DNA of 59,011 bases, filler included, from Squatina squatina (GCA_031763465.1; 4 parts of 4 records of this genome joined end to end with filler, not necessarily neighbours in it); one strand, 5' to 3'; shown: positions 14,069-26,519, counted from the first letter of the whole stretch. Numbers and translations are program-made. Notes: generated by a model not told the origin, from the letters alone.

Positions 14069-14176
14069 AGAGAATGAGAAAATACGAGGTATCGCAAAAG
14101 TCATTGTAATTGAAATGTGTTTAACTGGTAATTGTGAGGAATCAATGCTGAAGCACTTCATCTTCCAAGTGGGGAC

Positions 14177-14889
14177 TGCAGGTATTTTTACTCCCTGTTT
14201 ATTCTGTATAAACATTTAAATGTGTGCAATGCTATTAACATAGTTGCAGTAGTGTTAGCACAGTGTTAGCTATTAAATTGCCACTGTAAATGCAAGGCAT
14301 AATGGGAAGCTTGGCCAAAAAATAGGCAGATCGTCGAAACTTTTGATTCACTGACCTTCGAATTAGGGCAATAACAATGATAACAGGAAGTATCTTTGTA
14401 ATAGAAGGCCAGGATATATGGTTGGAAAAGCGCAGAAATGCTGAAACAGGGACCTTGAAACTGTTGTAAGGTCTGATTAAAGTTCCTATATGTGAGCATT
14501 AATGTGCAGGACTGTGAGCTTACCATGCATGGATAAACATGGGACCCTGAACCAATCATGTTGGGCAAATCTGTCCATTTCCTAATATGGTAAGGCACTG
14601 GACCCCAGAGGGGGATAAAAGATTGTGGGTTTGAGACATCATTGGCACACCCAGAGAGAAGTGGGGAAGAGGGAGAGGAAGACAGACTAGAGTCAACAGA
14701 ATGCGACAAGAAAGCTTAAGAGAAAACAGTGTCCCCAGAGGGACTCGGAGCAAGAAACCGGTATCGGGTCTCCCCAGAACCTCCTTGTTGTTAAGTATTA
14801 GATCATATATTTTTGTAATACTTAATAAACTCCCGGTCTTATCAATCAGTTGTCCATATGTCGTGGGTCTTTTTGGTCAGGAGCCCACA
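14177..14889 (+). mobile_element. Putative 3' LTR
   Basis: Preceded by purine tract aagtgggga(c). Starts TG (14177), has TATA-like gataaaa near 14614 and AATAAA at 14824-14829, and ends ...gagcccaCA (14889). The 5' LTR is not in the window, so the boundaries are inferred. Confidence 0.65.
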
Positions 14890-15176
14890 TAAGATAAGAG
14901 TGAGAAACCAACAAGACTCAGACACTGCTCAATGCACCACACCCTCATTGCTCAGTTACCAACAATCTCTATCAATCACAACTCATGCCTCCCATTCACA
15001 GCTTCACCTCACCTTCACACACTTTGCACTGCTGCAAGCCTCACATCCACATCTCACAGTTTGCACACACTGCCAGCTACTGAACCATGAAAGGCACATC
15101 ACCCAAACAGATTACACCACACTCACTGATGCACTTCCCTCTCCCTTTTTGGAGCATAACTGGAGGCAGCAGGAGC
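14890..15176 (+). mobile_element. Possible remnant of a Harbinger element (Myb/SANT-like second ORF region)
   Basis: CA-rich intron-like tract followed by gagcataactggaggcagcaggagc (EHNWRQQE), resembling the HNxRQQxxTGGG segment of Harbinger accessory proteins; truncated by a gap. Confidence 0.3.
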
Positions 15177-15355
15177 NNNNNNNNNNNNNNNNNNNNNNNN
15201 NNNNNNNNNNNNNNNNNNNNNNNNNNNNNNNNNNNNNNNNNNNNNNNNNNNNNNNNNNNNNNNNNNNNNNNNNNNNGCACAATGGACTGAAAGGCATGAT
15301 TCTAGGATGTGTTTTTTTTTGTCCAGTGGTTTATTCTGTGTTCTTTCACTGGCAG

Positions 15356-15455
15356 AGCACAGTGGACAAGCTCATCAAGAAGACAAATCTTGCACTCGTG
15401 GTAGGGACACATTCCTGGCGGGATCAGTTTATGGAGGCCATCACAGTCAGTGCTG
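15356..15455 (+). CDS. SLC8A3: Sodium/calcium exchanger 3, 100-bp coding exon
   Basis: ggcag acceptor and gtaag donor. Encodes STVDKLIKKTNLALVVGTHSWRDQFMEAITVSA; GTHSWRDQFME fits NCX3 better than recalled NCX1 or NCX2. Confidence 0.9.
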
Positions 15456-15967
15456 GTAAGAAATACTACCTTAAGTGCGTCTGATTTGTAGAGTGTATTT
15501 AACATGGAACATAACCTTCCTTTGATCGAGAAACAAGACTGAAAACTGTTACAAAGCACAACCTAGACACATGCAGCAACTGCTTGGCCATGACCTACAA
15601 GGACATCATTCATTTTTCTTTGCCAAGGTTTACAAAGTTTCTCACATTTTTGAATGGATTTTGACATTGGAGATTCTTGTTGCTAGGATGCAATATTTGG
15701 CCACCTAAATTTGCACGGTGGTGACTAAATAATAATTCATGCTGGAATACAAAAAAGCTCTTTAGAGAAGCCCTAACTTGTGAGCAGCCCAGTTCTGCAG
15801 ATATCCAATCCTGTGCAGTGTCAACTGATCAATATTTTTTAAGCAATTTATTTGAATAAGTTTGGCTNNNNNNNNNNNNNNNNNNNNNNNNNNNNNNNNN
15901 NNNNNNNNNNNNNNNNNNNNNNNNNNNNNNNNNNNNNNNNNNNNNNNNNNNNNNNNNNNNNNNNNNN

Positions 15968-16215
15968 AGAGGAACGGCTGCCCTCATGTTTTGACTATGT
16001 GATGCATTTTCTGACTGTCTTCTGGAAGGTTCTGTTTGCCTGTGTGCCTCCCACTGAATACTGGAATGGATGGGCCTGCTTCGTTACGTCCATTCTCATC
16101 ATTGGCATCCTGACAGCCATCATTGGTGACCTGGCCTCTCACTTTGGCTGCACAATTGGCCTGAAGGATTCAGTCACAGCTGTGGTATTTGTAGCTCTTG
16201 GCACCTCAGTACCAG
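15968..16215 (+). CDS. SLC8A3: Sodium/calcium exchanger 3, penultimate coding exon (5' end in gap; TM region and alpha-2 repeat)
   Basis: EERLPSCFDYVMHFLTVFWKVLFACVPPTEYWNGWACFVTSILIIGILTAIIGDLASHFGCTIGLKDSVTAVVFVALGTSVP, then donor gtaaat. Confidence 0.92.
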
Positions 16216-17492
16216 GTAAATAAACATGAGGACAAAAAAATATCTAACTTCTGTGCACTTCCTGTTTATATGATTTTTTTTTATTTTCATTTTTTGTAAA
16301 TTGCTCAAGGATCTTCATTTTATCTTAAAGAGCTTCAGCTCAGATGAAAGAAAAGCATTTATATGTTGCCTAATTACATATCTCAGAAATGGCTCAAAAC
16401 GCTTCAGATACAATGAATTACTTTTGAAGTGCAGTGATGCTTGTTACACAGGCAAAGGCAGCAGCCATATTGTAATCAACAAGATCCCACGAACGGCTCC
16501 AGGTGAATAGCCGGTTAATGGGGCTGATTTTCCTCTGCTTTCCACTTGGGTCAATTCCCAGGCTCAAAGCAGAGGAAAGAGCAGCAGAGTGTGGTTGCCT
16601 GAAGAACAGACATCATGGGCCTGGATTTTGCAGTGGTAATGATGGCTAAACTGTCAGCGTTCACCATCATTACCCCTCTGAAACTGACTGCAACTACTGC
16701 AGTCAATGCATGTGCAGATAAACATGGAAATCCAGCAGTAGGTGCAGGCCAGTCAGGGACATACAAGTGAGGCAGGTAGGTAGTTTCCAGTCTCCCGCCT
16801 GATTACCAGGATCACTCGTTTGCTGGGCACCCCAGGCCAAGGGCGCCCAGAAAATGTGGCACAATGGCCAGGCCCTGGCTCCCCGCTGACCGGAGGGTCC
16901 AGGGAGATCCCAGGNNNNNNNNNNNNNNNNNNNNNNNNNNNNNNNNNNNNNNNNNNNNNNNNNNNNNNNNNNNNNNNNNNNNNNNNNNNNNNNNNNNNNN
17001 NNNNNNNNNNNNNNAAAGATTATATGAGGTCAATCCGCAGCTCAGTAGAGAAATGTCTTGATTCCAGTCACATTGCGTTTTACAAATATATTTCCCTTTG
17101 GATATCATTGTTAACACTGCATATATGTTCTCATTGAGCAGACATTGCGATTGACAGTGTGTTTTTTCCACGGAGTTTTCAATACAAGAGAAAGGTTGGT
17201 TGTTAAGGTGAAGCGTGCACAACAGGAGTTGTAAAAAAGATCTGGACCAAAGTCTGGGAGGTAGGTTCCAACGTCATCTTCTTGTTCACCCAGACACCTC
17301 GGTGCTAAGTTCTTGATGGTCACTCAGTTGTCTTACCTGGCCATCACATTGTACCTCTCACTTAAGACATAATGCCATAGCGATTTTCACCTGGTACTAG
17401 GCCTGTGCTTTAAAGGCTGTCACAGAAAGTCTACAAAAAACAGATATGAAAAACTGGAAAAGGATCAGAGAAGTTACAATTCAGAGACATAA

Positions 17493-17738
17493 TTAGACTC
17501 TGGTGTGTCTGCAGGTCCTGGTGGTTCCTGAAGCGGTCCCAGAGGCTGAGGTGGAAGGTGACTCATCATCTCCTGTGTCGCTCTGATCGTCCTTATTTAG
17601 GCCCTGGCTGCTGATGTGGCTCTGGAGAGCTGCAGGCGTGAGCCATTCCTTGGGAAGGCAACTCTGGAGGAATGGAATGCAGGAACTGAAGTAAGCCAGC
17701 CGGTTCACCCAGCGAGGGATCTCCTTACCGCACAGTAT
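17493..17738 (-). CDS. DESI2: DESI2-like (PPPDE peptidase/deubiquitinase), last coding exon
   Basis: ttccag acceptor; [40 protein letters not shown]...RTCRHTRV*, with TAA at 17493-17495. Orthologue versus paralogue is unresolved. Confidence 0.9.
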   Translation of the reverse strand: MLCGKEIPRWVNRLAYFSSCIPFLQSCLPKEWLTPAALQSHISSQGLNKDDQSDTGDDESPSTSASGTASGTTRTCRHTRV

Positions 17739-17888
17739 CTGGAACACAACAAGCTCAGCTTCAGACAGTAAACCATCTTTCAATCATCNNNNNNNNNNNN
17801 NNNNNNNNNNNNNNNNNNNNNNNNNNNNNNNNNNNNNNNNNNNNNNNNNNNNNNNNNNNNNNNNNNNNNNNNNNNNNNNNNNNNNNNN

Positions 17889-18133
17889 GGTAAAAGAACC
17901 AGCAGGGACATGAGACTTTTTTTAATGCAGCGAGTTGGTATGATCTGGAATGCACTATCTGAATGGGTGGTTTAAGCAAATTCAATAGTATCTTTCAAAT
18001 ATGAATTGGATAAATAATTGAAAAGGAAAGATTTGGGCAAGAGCAGCGACAGTGAGACTAGTTGGGTAGCTCTTTCAGAGTTGGCACAGGCACGATTGGC
18101 CAAATGGCCGCCTTCTTTGCTGTATGATTCTAT
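17889..18133 (+). mobile_element. CR1 LINE 3' end
   Basis: Decayed ORF2 C-terminus (cagcgagttggtatgatctggaatgcact, the 'RVVxxWNxL' region) and tail ggccaaatggccgccttctttgctgtatgattctat. Confidence 0.75.
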
Positions 18134-18967
18134 AAGTGTGAGGCAGGCATGAACAGAGAAGGAGAAGAATGTTGGAGAGATTGACTGACACAGCCAAGGT
18201 ACCAGAACTGGAAGTAGAGAGTCAGCTGGAAAGGGAAGAGAGCCGGAGATAGTTTAGCATCAGTAAGTGAGAAAAGGGGATACATTTGTAAAGAATAGAT
18301 GGTGTTATAGTCACAAAATAACAAGAGAGTTGGGGGCAAAATGGAAAGTGGCTCAGCGAGAGAGGCTGAGAAATGGAGGGGGGAGCTCTATGTGAGTCAT
18401 GTGTTATTTCCTGAGTCTGTTAGTCAGTGCGTGTTGCCCGGACTCTGCTCAGATAAACGTGTTTTTTATGTGAACCCAGGCTCTGGATGTGAAAAGGATA
18501 ATGTGGTAACATGATCAACTGTGCTATCCAGCCACCATAAATGCTCCCTTCTAGTTTCATTTGTCTGTTGTTGTTTTATGTATCGGCCTTATCAATGAAT
18601 GTTAATAAAACTATTTGACAATAGTCAAGTCCTTTCTTCCCCTTGCCCAGTATCGTACAGGCAAACTTCTGGTCGGGGTTGTTAGGCAGAGATCAGGGCT
18701 GTAACTCTGAACAGTATATATTCCCAACCAGGGATGCTGCTAACTATTGTGGTACTTGAGCTATTGCCTTAGGATAGATTAGCCAGAGATTGAATCTAGG
18801 ACATTCCTGGTTTGTATAACTTAGTTCAAGCGTATTTACCTGCAAGAGCCATCAGGGCATTATTTTTCTATTAATAAATTAATATATATTCATTGCTGCA
18901 GGCGCTGGTTCATATTTTATTACATAGCAGTGCTAGAGTGTATTAACTGAGCCCCATGTTATCGTAC

Positions 18968-19109
18968 CTCTGCCAGGCCTGCAGAGAAGTGGTTACAGTT
19001 CTTGTGCATGAGATGATAGGCATTGCCCTTGAACTCCTTCCCAAGCTCTTCAATAATTTTGTCGACATCTTCCTCTGTGAAGTCCGTGGTACCAAGGGCG
19101 ATGGCCTCT
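18968..19109 (-). CDS. DESI2: DESI2-like, 142-bp exon with catalytic Cys (NCNHF)
   Basis: tttttattcag acceptor and gtacga donor. Encodes [47 protein letters not shown]; joins in phase 0 to the exon starting at 17738. Confidence 0.92.
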
Positions 19110-21232
19110 CTGAATAAAAACAACAGTTTTGTTTTCAGGAATATATTTTGTAAGCGCAGCGACGCAGGTCTCCTGTGGCAGTGCTCAGGATGAGTCAGAG
19201 GATGTGCTATACATGACAATAAGGATGTCCAATCATGTATTATCAGAGGTCATTGATTAACACTGATTGAATAACTTCATTTGAATATTTATTACATGGA
19301 ATTCTGAGATTTTTAATTGTGGTTTAGGGTGGATTTTCATGATTCTTTGCCGGTTTCTGTGAGAACTCTAAATCAGCAGCCTTAATTATTACTGCTCGGT
19401 CCTTTACCAGTATACCCAATCTTTATCTATTATCTTTTATAAAGTTCAGGATACACAGAAAAATAGCAAGCAAGATATACTCGTTTTGTGATAGATGGCT
19501 GGGCTCAAAATTCTGATTAGCCCCCTGCAGAGGTGTAGCCCAGAATAGGCCCAGACCCCCAATTATGGTGACGGGGTCATTTACATATTCGAAGCAACAC
19601 ATTGTCAGTCCCAGGGAAGACAGATGGCCCCATAAAAAGGTAAATTTTCACCATCTTCAGCCCCAAATGCAGCCAGCAGGGGATTGGTAGTTGGAAGAGT
19701 TCTGGGGCCTTTTGGGGCCTCAGCAGGACTGACGCCAGCTCTAAGATGGCTTGAGCATCATTTCGGCCTTTAAAGGGCAGATTTCCTGGGGTAAGCCTGG
19801 GAACTGTCCCAAGTACAGTCCTCTGATGTTGTGGGGCGGTGGGTGGACTGGGCAGATGATGCATCAATAGATTCCCACTAAAATGCCTCACTGGGAAATA
19901 TGGGACAGAATCTGGGGGAACCAGATCTGGCAGGATGGCAGAGGAACCTAAATTCTGGATACATTGGACTGGGATACTAGGTTCTGGTGGCACTGGATAC
20001 AGGTCAGTCCAGCTCTGAAAGCACTGAGGTGGTGGGTGGGGGGGGGAATGGCTTGTAGCTTCTGTGATGTGCAACTATCAGTTAAAACCTTACTTGATGT
20101 GTACTGTCTTGTACATTAAGCTTTAATTTGGAATAGTAGTAGAGAACCTTTTCATTGAAAGAATCGAGCAGTCCAATTGATTTTTATTATTTGAAGGTCA
20201 CCATGAGCTGCCACCGGTAGCACACACCACAATCCTGAGGGCGTTCCCAGAGCCACTGAAGAGGAACGATGAGGCTGTCATCACCACGAAGACTAACTCC
20301 AGGACTCTCGATGAAGTATATTGCAAGCGATTCACTTTATTTTTATACAGTGATTTTTACCCATCCCCATTTTTTGCCTGTCATGCTGTTTGCTATCTCC
20401 GTATAAAGATGGTGAGGGGCACCAACCCAGTCGCAAGGAAAGCACTGGAACGATTCTGCGTGGTTTTCCCTCCCTCCCTGCAGTGACACAGCTACTGCTA
20501 GGGCTATATCAGCACAAGATTGAATCCATGTCCTCTTGCCTTGCAACACGTTTCTGCCCGATGCACATCATTAGGCACAAATCTGTATCTCAAGTTCCCA
20601 TTCACATTNNNNNNNNNNNNNNNNNNNNNNNNNNNNNNNNNNNNNNNNNNNNNNNNNNNNNNNNNNNNNNNNNNNNNNNNNNNNNNNNNNNNNNNNNNNN
20701 NNNNNNNNCAGCCAATTGGATTTTATTTTCAATCAATCAAATGGGTGCTTTTTAAGCACTTACCATATCGTAAACATTGAGAATGACTGGTTCATTTGCC
20801 ATCGCTCGTTGCAGAGATCATACAATTCCAATAATCCTTAAATCAGTGGTTGGTCCCAGTTCGCTCTCACTGGCCCACGCTACTGTTGCATCCAAGATCA
20901 AACATACGGAACAATTTTTTTTACACAGGGATCGGAAATCTCTCCAGTCTCCAAAAATACACGGCGAGGATTGGATTCCCGCTACTTCGTGCAGCGTGAT
21001 CGAGAGAGTGCGGTGACAGTTCATCCATAGGTAGTGCCCCTCTCTACAAATCCAGCCTGCACGCTACAAAAACCATATTTATGCATTTAGACAATCAAAC
21101 AAACAGACAAAAAAAAGGCATCAGTTAGAAATCATTGCATCGGACGCCTGTGCCCCACTGGAGATTGCTTCATGTTCACTGGTCTTCCTTGTTTGAGCAG
21201 AGGCTGGAGATGGAACCTGGACGTTTCTCGGC

Positions 21233-21235
<3 letters not shown>

Positions 21236-21265
<30 letters not shown>
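21236..21265. repeat. (TG)n microsatellite
   Basis: About 15 perfect TG units. Confidence 0.95.
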
Positions 21266-21267
<2 letters not shown>

Positions 21268-21511
21268 GAGCTCAGTCCTGTAACTACTGCCCTTCGAAAG
21301 CATCGAGGGACGGGATGAACACCTCAAAACAGGGTCGGGCAGCGAGGGGGGCAGAGCGCACAGCAATTAATCTCAATGCTCGTGCAGGGGACGTGCTGGT
21401 GACGCACGGAANNNNNNNNNNNNNNNNNNNNNNNNNNNNNNNNNNNNNNNNNNNNNNNNNNNNNNNNNNNNNNNNNNNNNNNNNNNNNNNNNNNNNNNNN
21501 NNNNNNNNNNN

Positions 21512-21685
21512 CCCCAATTTGGTGTCATCCGCAAATTTAGAAATTGTGTTTTTGATTCCAAAGTCTAAATCATTAATATAAATTGTGAACAACAGTGGTC
21601 CCAGCACTGGTTCTTGTGGAACACCACTACCCACCTTCTGCCACTCTGAATAGCTACCCTTTACCCCCACTCTCTGCTTTCTATC
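21512..21685 (-). mobile_element. CR1 LINE reverse transcriptase fragment
   Basis: [44 protein letters not shown]. Confidence 0.92.
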
Positions 21686-22969
21686 TAATAGTTCAGTTAC
21701 TTATTTGGAGGGATTTTCCTTTCTCTGCTTTGCAGAGAAAAAAAGAAGAAACTCGTTAATTCTCCTCCCCCTTTGAGTTGCATGGCACTTAGAGCAGGTG
21801 AAGAATTTAAGTGTCGTGGAAATTAAGTGGGAGTAATGACACCACACATCCCACCCCATTTTTCTTATAATGAAGAGGCTTATAATGTTGCCAAAAAGAG
21901 CAGGAAGACTGAGGATTGTTTTTACACTAGTTCGTTCCTGCCATTATAAAGGCTCTAAGATACAGCATTGGGACCCCTCTTACACTGATTTAATTAATCC
22001 ATTGTTCTGTAAATTAAATGGAGGTTCTGGAACTAATTAATGCAACTACGTGTTTCATTTCATGCCATCTTTCATCCAAACTTGTCCCCTGGGTCTTTTA
22101 AAAAAACGTCTCTATTCCTTTAAAAAGTGAAACCATTTGGTTTCCCCACACATCTCTTCCTCCTAAAAGCCAGCCTTTGGTCGCAATGTGCGCCATTCCG
22201 CCCCCTTCATTTCATTGAACCCAAGATTAACTGCATTGTCCTGGTTCATGGCTTCAAGCGGCCTGGACGTTTGAATGCCTCGCCAAACTTATTCATAAGT
22301 GAGGTTTCCAGTTTTAACTTTATGATCTAGAAATTTGCAACTGAATCTTCCTAAGACATTTCTGGAAGATAGCAACCCCACATGGAAGCGTGTGTACCGC
22401 ACTAATACAGAACACGCGATCAAAACAAAAACATTTGAAGACAATAACCTCCTCCCTTCCACTTGTACCAAGCCACGTATATTCCACCCCCACCCCGCCG
22501 AGCCTCGTGGAAGGATTTCATTTGACGTAATTACGTAACGATCAGTGCGTGGATCAGAAGGGCATGTTCATGGAAGTTTTACAATCTTCACAAAAAAAAA
22601 GCAAATCGCCCAGAAAGACACATCAGGTGGTCGCACAGAAGAGAGCCAGAACTGGAAATGGGTTTAACTCATTCCATTTCGTAGAACATGCAGAAACAAA
22701 ACCCGCACTGTCAACACAATTAGACTGGGGAAATAAGAGTAACTTAGTCGACCACAGCTCCGGAAATGACCAGATTTAAAAGTGTGTTGTCCCGTGTCCA
22801 GGTTCCTGAGGCAAAACTATTAATGGGCGGCAGGAGATGAATTACCTTCTCTTGCTCCAAAATCTGTTAGCTCCTTCCTTATATTTTGTCAGGGTAAACC
22901 TCGGGCGTGTCTTTACTAAACTAACTCTGCTCTGTGAAGTGGGTTTCTGTAGAAATCTATCGATATATG

Positions 22970-23400
22970 TTTGTTCTTCCTGAAGCGCCCGATTGATGTG
23001 TCAGCAGCGCCTGGTGCAGTCAGCACGCCGGCGCTGTCCAGGGTGCTGATGCAGCGAAGCTCCCGCTCGCCTGGCTGGAGGAGGATGACATCACTTGGAG
23101 CGAGCCCGAGCAGCGGCTCCCCGGCCAGGCTTTTAAAGCAGCCACTGCAAATTGAGGTGGAGATTGCTGCGATCTGGTTACATCATAAACGTCCACATCT
23201 CCAAAAGGGTCCGGGCACGCTTAAAGCTGGACCGCAATCGGAAGGAGCGGCGCTTGTTTAAATCGTCGTCCAGAACGGTTCGAGTGCATTGGGCGCCTTT
23301 GAAATCCACCAGGTTTAAAACGTTACTTTTTGACCCAATATCAATCTCGTGCCCACAATTGAGCGAACACCGTTAAGTAGCAGCGTCCTTGGTTTCGTTT
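22970..23400. promoter_or_regulatory. CpG-rich unique region, candidate promoter/first exon
   Basis: High CpG density relative to the flanks, without the MITE terminal motif; no transcript evidence. Confidence 0.3.
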
Positions 23401-26400
23401 GAAGCTTCAAGTCAGTGGGGGAACTCTGATTTAGAGGTGTTCACTCTGAAATAAGGACTTGTCACTCAATCCACCTGGCAGCATTGTAAAGGGGCCGGAT
23501 CATGTTAAAAATGTAATAGTCACCAGTTGCCAACAGTGCCGCCAGCGTGACTTGGAACCTATGCTGACAGCGTGCTGCATTGACGATTTCCGAGACACGA
23601 CTACAGAAAGATCATTTTTATAAGCCGCTGCTCCAAGTTTGTACGAGCGCCAGCACAAAGCATTGGCACGGTTCTGCTTTAAATCCAGGCAGTTGGAATT
23701 AGTAACCGATAGCATTTCAGCAATCCANNNNNNNNNNNNNNNNNNNNNNNNNNNNNNNNNNNNNNNNNNNNNNNNNNNNNNNNNNNNNNNNNNNNNNNNN
23801 NNNNNNNNNNNNNNNNNNNNNNNNNNNAAGTAATTTTATGAATAGCATTACAGTAAGAGTTCTATTTCAGGTATCTCCTGTACACAATTATACATAAATA
23901 ACATTTTTATCTGGATATATTTGTTTTGCAGCAGTCAGAATTGTTACAAAGCACCCATTTTTGTTCCAATGCCTAGACTGCATTGGTAGTGATACAGATC
24001 CGACCTTCACAGCATGCTCATTAACATTATTGTAGTCAAAGACGATATTTTTAAACCATTATGCAATTTTCAAAGTTAATTAGCAGCACTTCAGGCCTAC
24101 ACACTTACTATATATAAAATCAAACTTTATGACCAAAATGACCATTTTGATTATAAATCTAGGCAACACATCGACAAAAAGGATGTGATTTCATTAACAC
24201 ATTGATTGCACACATCAATTAAAAGAATCAGTTCTGGCAGTTTTATTTTCATCTTAATAGAAAATAGTGAAACTATATTGAAATGGATATTAAAACCTCA
24301 TTAAAAAGAAACTCCTTCACTGTGAAAGGCAGCATTTGGCATCATTCCCACAGTAGGCACTGGCATCAGGAAAAGAACAAAACAGTTTCAGCACAGTTGG
24401 TGGACATGGATATAGCAAAGGCAGCATATAACAAAAGACTACATTTCCGAGATGAAGTTATCAAATGATCTGTTACACCAAATAAAAGGAGATTTATATA
24501 CCAATGTATAGCCCATATTGTTGAAAGTTATAGTAGTGAAACAAAAGTTGTCATATATGTGACTACTGTTAACCNNNNNNNNNNGACAGATCATTTCTGT
24601 TTTGCAAATATTTTACATAAAGTGTCATTATTGATTTGAAATATTTTTAACCACATCAGCTATAGGTTTTCTTGCAAGATTTTAGTTTAAAAACACAAAA
24701 TTATACATCACTTATTTTTTTCCCCCATTTACAGTGTCTGAGACCTAAAAACCATCATCCTTGCAAGTCATTAGACGCCAAGCAGTTTACAGTTTACAAA
24801 ACAAGATACAGGCTACAGATAAAATACTAGAATCTAAGAAAATAAAGTGTATCCAGAAGCAAACAATAAAGATAGTACCANNNNNNNNNNNNNNNNNNNN
24901 NNNNNNNNNNNNNNNNNNNNNNNNNNNNNNNNNNNNNNNNNNNNNNNNNNNNNNNNNNNNNNNNNNNNNNNNNNNNNNNNCTCATCTGTGGTGTAGATCA
25001 ATATTTCTGGAAGAACTCCAGTTGATAAACAAAATGAGACATTGGTGAGTTATCAAACATCTGCTTGGGTTTCATTATGAAAATGAATTCACTTGTTTGC
25101 TCAACCTACTTCTGACTGCAGTGGTTGAGTAATTCAGCTATTGCTCCATTAAGATAAAAACTGGTGCTAGAGCTCAGTACATAACGAGAATTATGTACTT
25201 GTTTTCTTTCAATAAAATTTGATTCTTCTAAATTTAATATACAGCTAATAGCAACTAATGTATACATTTACCTAGCAAAAACAAAAAAAATCTTCTATAC
25301 ACCAAAGCAAGGCTTGGGCACTAGTCGCTGGGTTCCCACAGTGTGGGAGAACTGGTTACTATCTTGTACACTCTAGGATACTAGTTTATCACTGAACCAA
25401 ACTATAAAGGAAGCAATCGTCCACTTAAAAGATTGCAAGCGTTTTTAATGTTTCAGCTACTCGTTTGATTTTCTGGGGAGCAGCAAGGATGAGTAAACAA
25501 GAANNNNNNNNNNNNNNNNNNNNNNNNNNNNNNNNNNNNNNNNNNNNNNNNNNNNNNNNNNNNNNNNNNNNNNNNNNNNNNNNNNNNNNNNNNNNNNNNN
25601 NNNTGAGCAGAGCTGATGGTGAATAACCAGCCCAGTCATATGCCAGATCCAATCATTTGCTCAAGTCTGCGGGTCTCAGATTTAAGAATGAGGAGGCAGG
25701 AATTGTATCACTGCAAATGGTACCAGTGAGGACTGAGGGGTTCAGATGGGATGAGTGTTGAACTTAGAAGTAAGGGAGTTAAACAGATCAGGAGCAGCAG
25801 CAATGTCTGGAGGGCCAGGGACAGAAAGTTGGAAACATGAGGGGGTTTTCATTGGGGAGCTGAGGGGGTAATTTATTTTTTGAGTGGATATGGTGATAGA
25901 GGGATTGCAGGTGGGCAGATTGATGTGAATGTTGAGGAAAATAAAGCAGGGTCATGCTAACAGGATAGAATGGGACCCCACATTTAGAACGACATTTAAT
26001 TTCACCTTTTCTGGAGAATGACACAATCATAATAGAAACTGGGGATACTTGCCTGTGAGTCATGATGTCTAATGAAGGACTACTGAGAGAGATAGAAATA
26101 GATCAACAGCACTTTCTCAATTGGATATCTAATCCTTAAATATTATAAATTTATTTTTGGCAAGTTTGGGGATTGCCTGACATTTGTTATTGATTTGCTC
26201 GATAAAGTTAATGGCTGAGGTTTGATCTGTTTGATAGATATGGGCATATCCTTCTTGGCTGGATGTCAGGGAGAGAAGCAGAGTTTATGGAAACACTCAC
26301 TGAAGAGGAACTAGCATCAAACATCACCAGGATTCTAAGGCAATTCACTGGTAAGAATTCTTAGAGTAAGTCCACTGATTCTGTGCTCCCAGTAGGAAGC

Positions 26401-26519
26401 TGTGCATGAAGATAATGCAGGTCAAAAATAACATTACAACACTGTAGCATTGATTTTCCCTCGATGTTCCCTTTGACCACATCTCCCTACCAGGAGCATT
26501 GAATCGATGAATTTCAGTA

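Noticed and set aside
20818-21035. Minus-strand LWMN resembling DESI2 exon 2 (YWMNEY)
   Set aside because: The downstream sequence lacks the GIGVFHSG motif and there is no proper acceptor.
23170-23210. Minus-strand DVDVYDV resembling DESI2 exon 1 (LNVYDM)
   Set aside because: No in-frame Met context and no matching donor position; probably chance.
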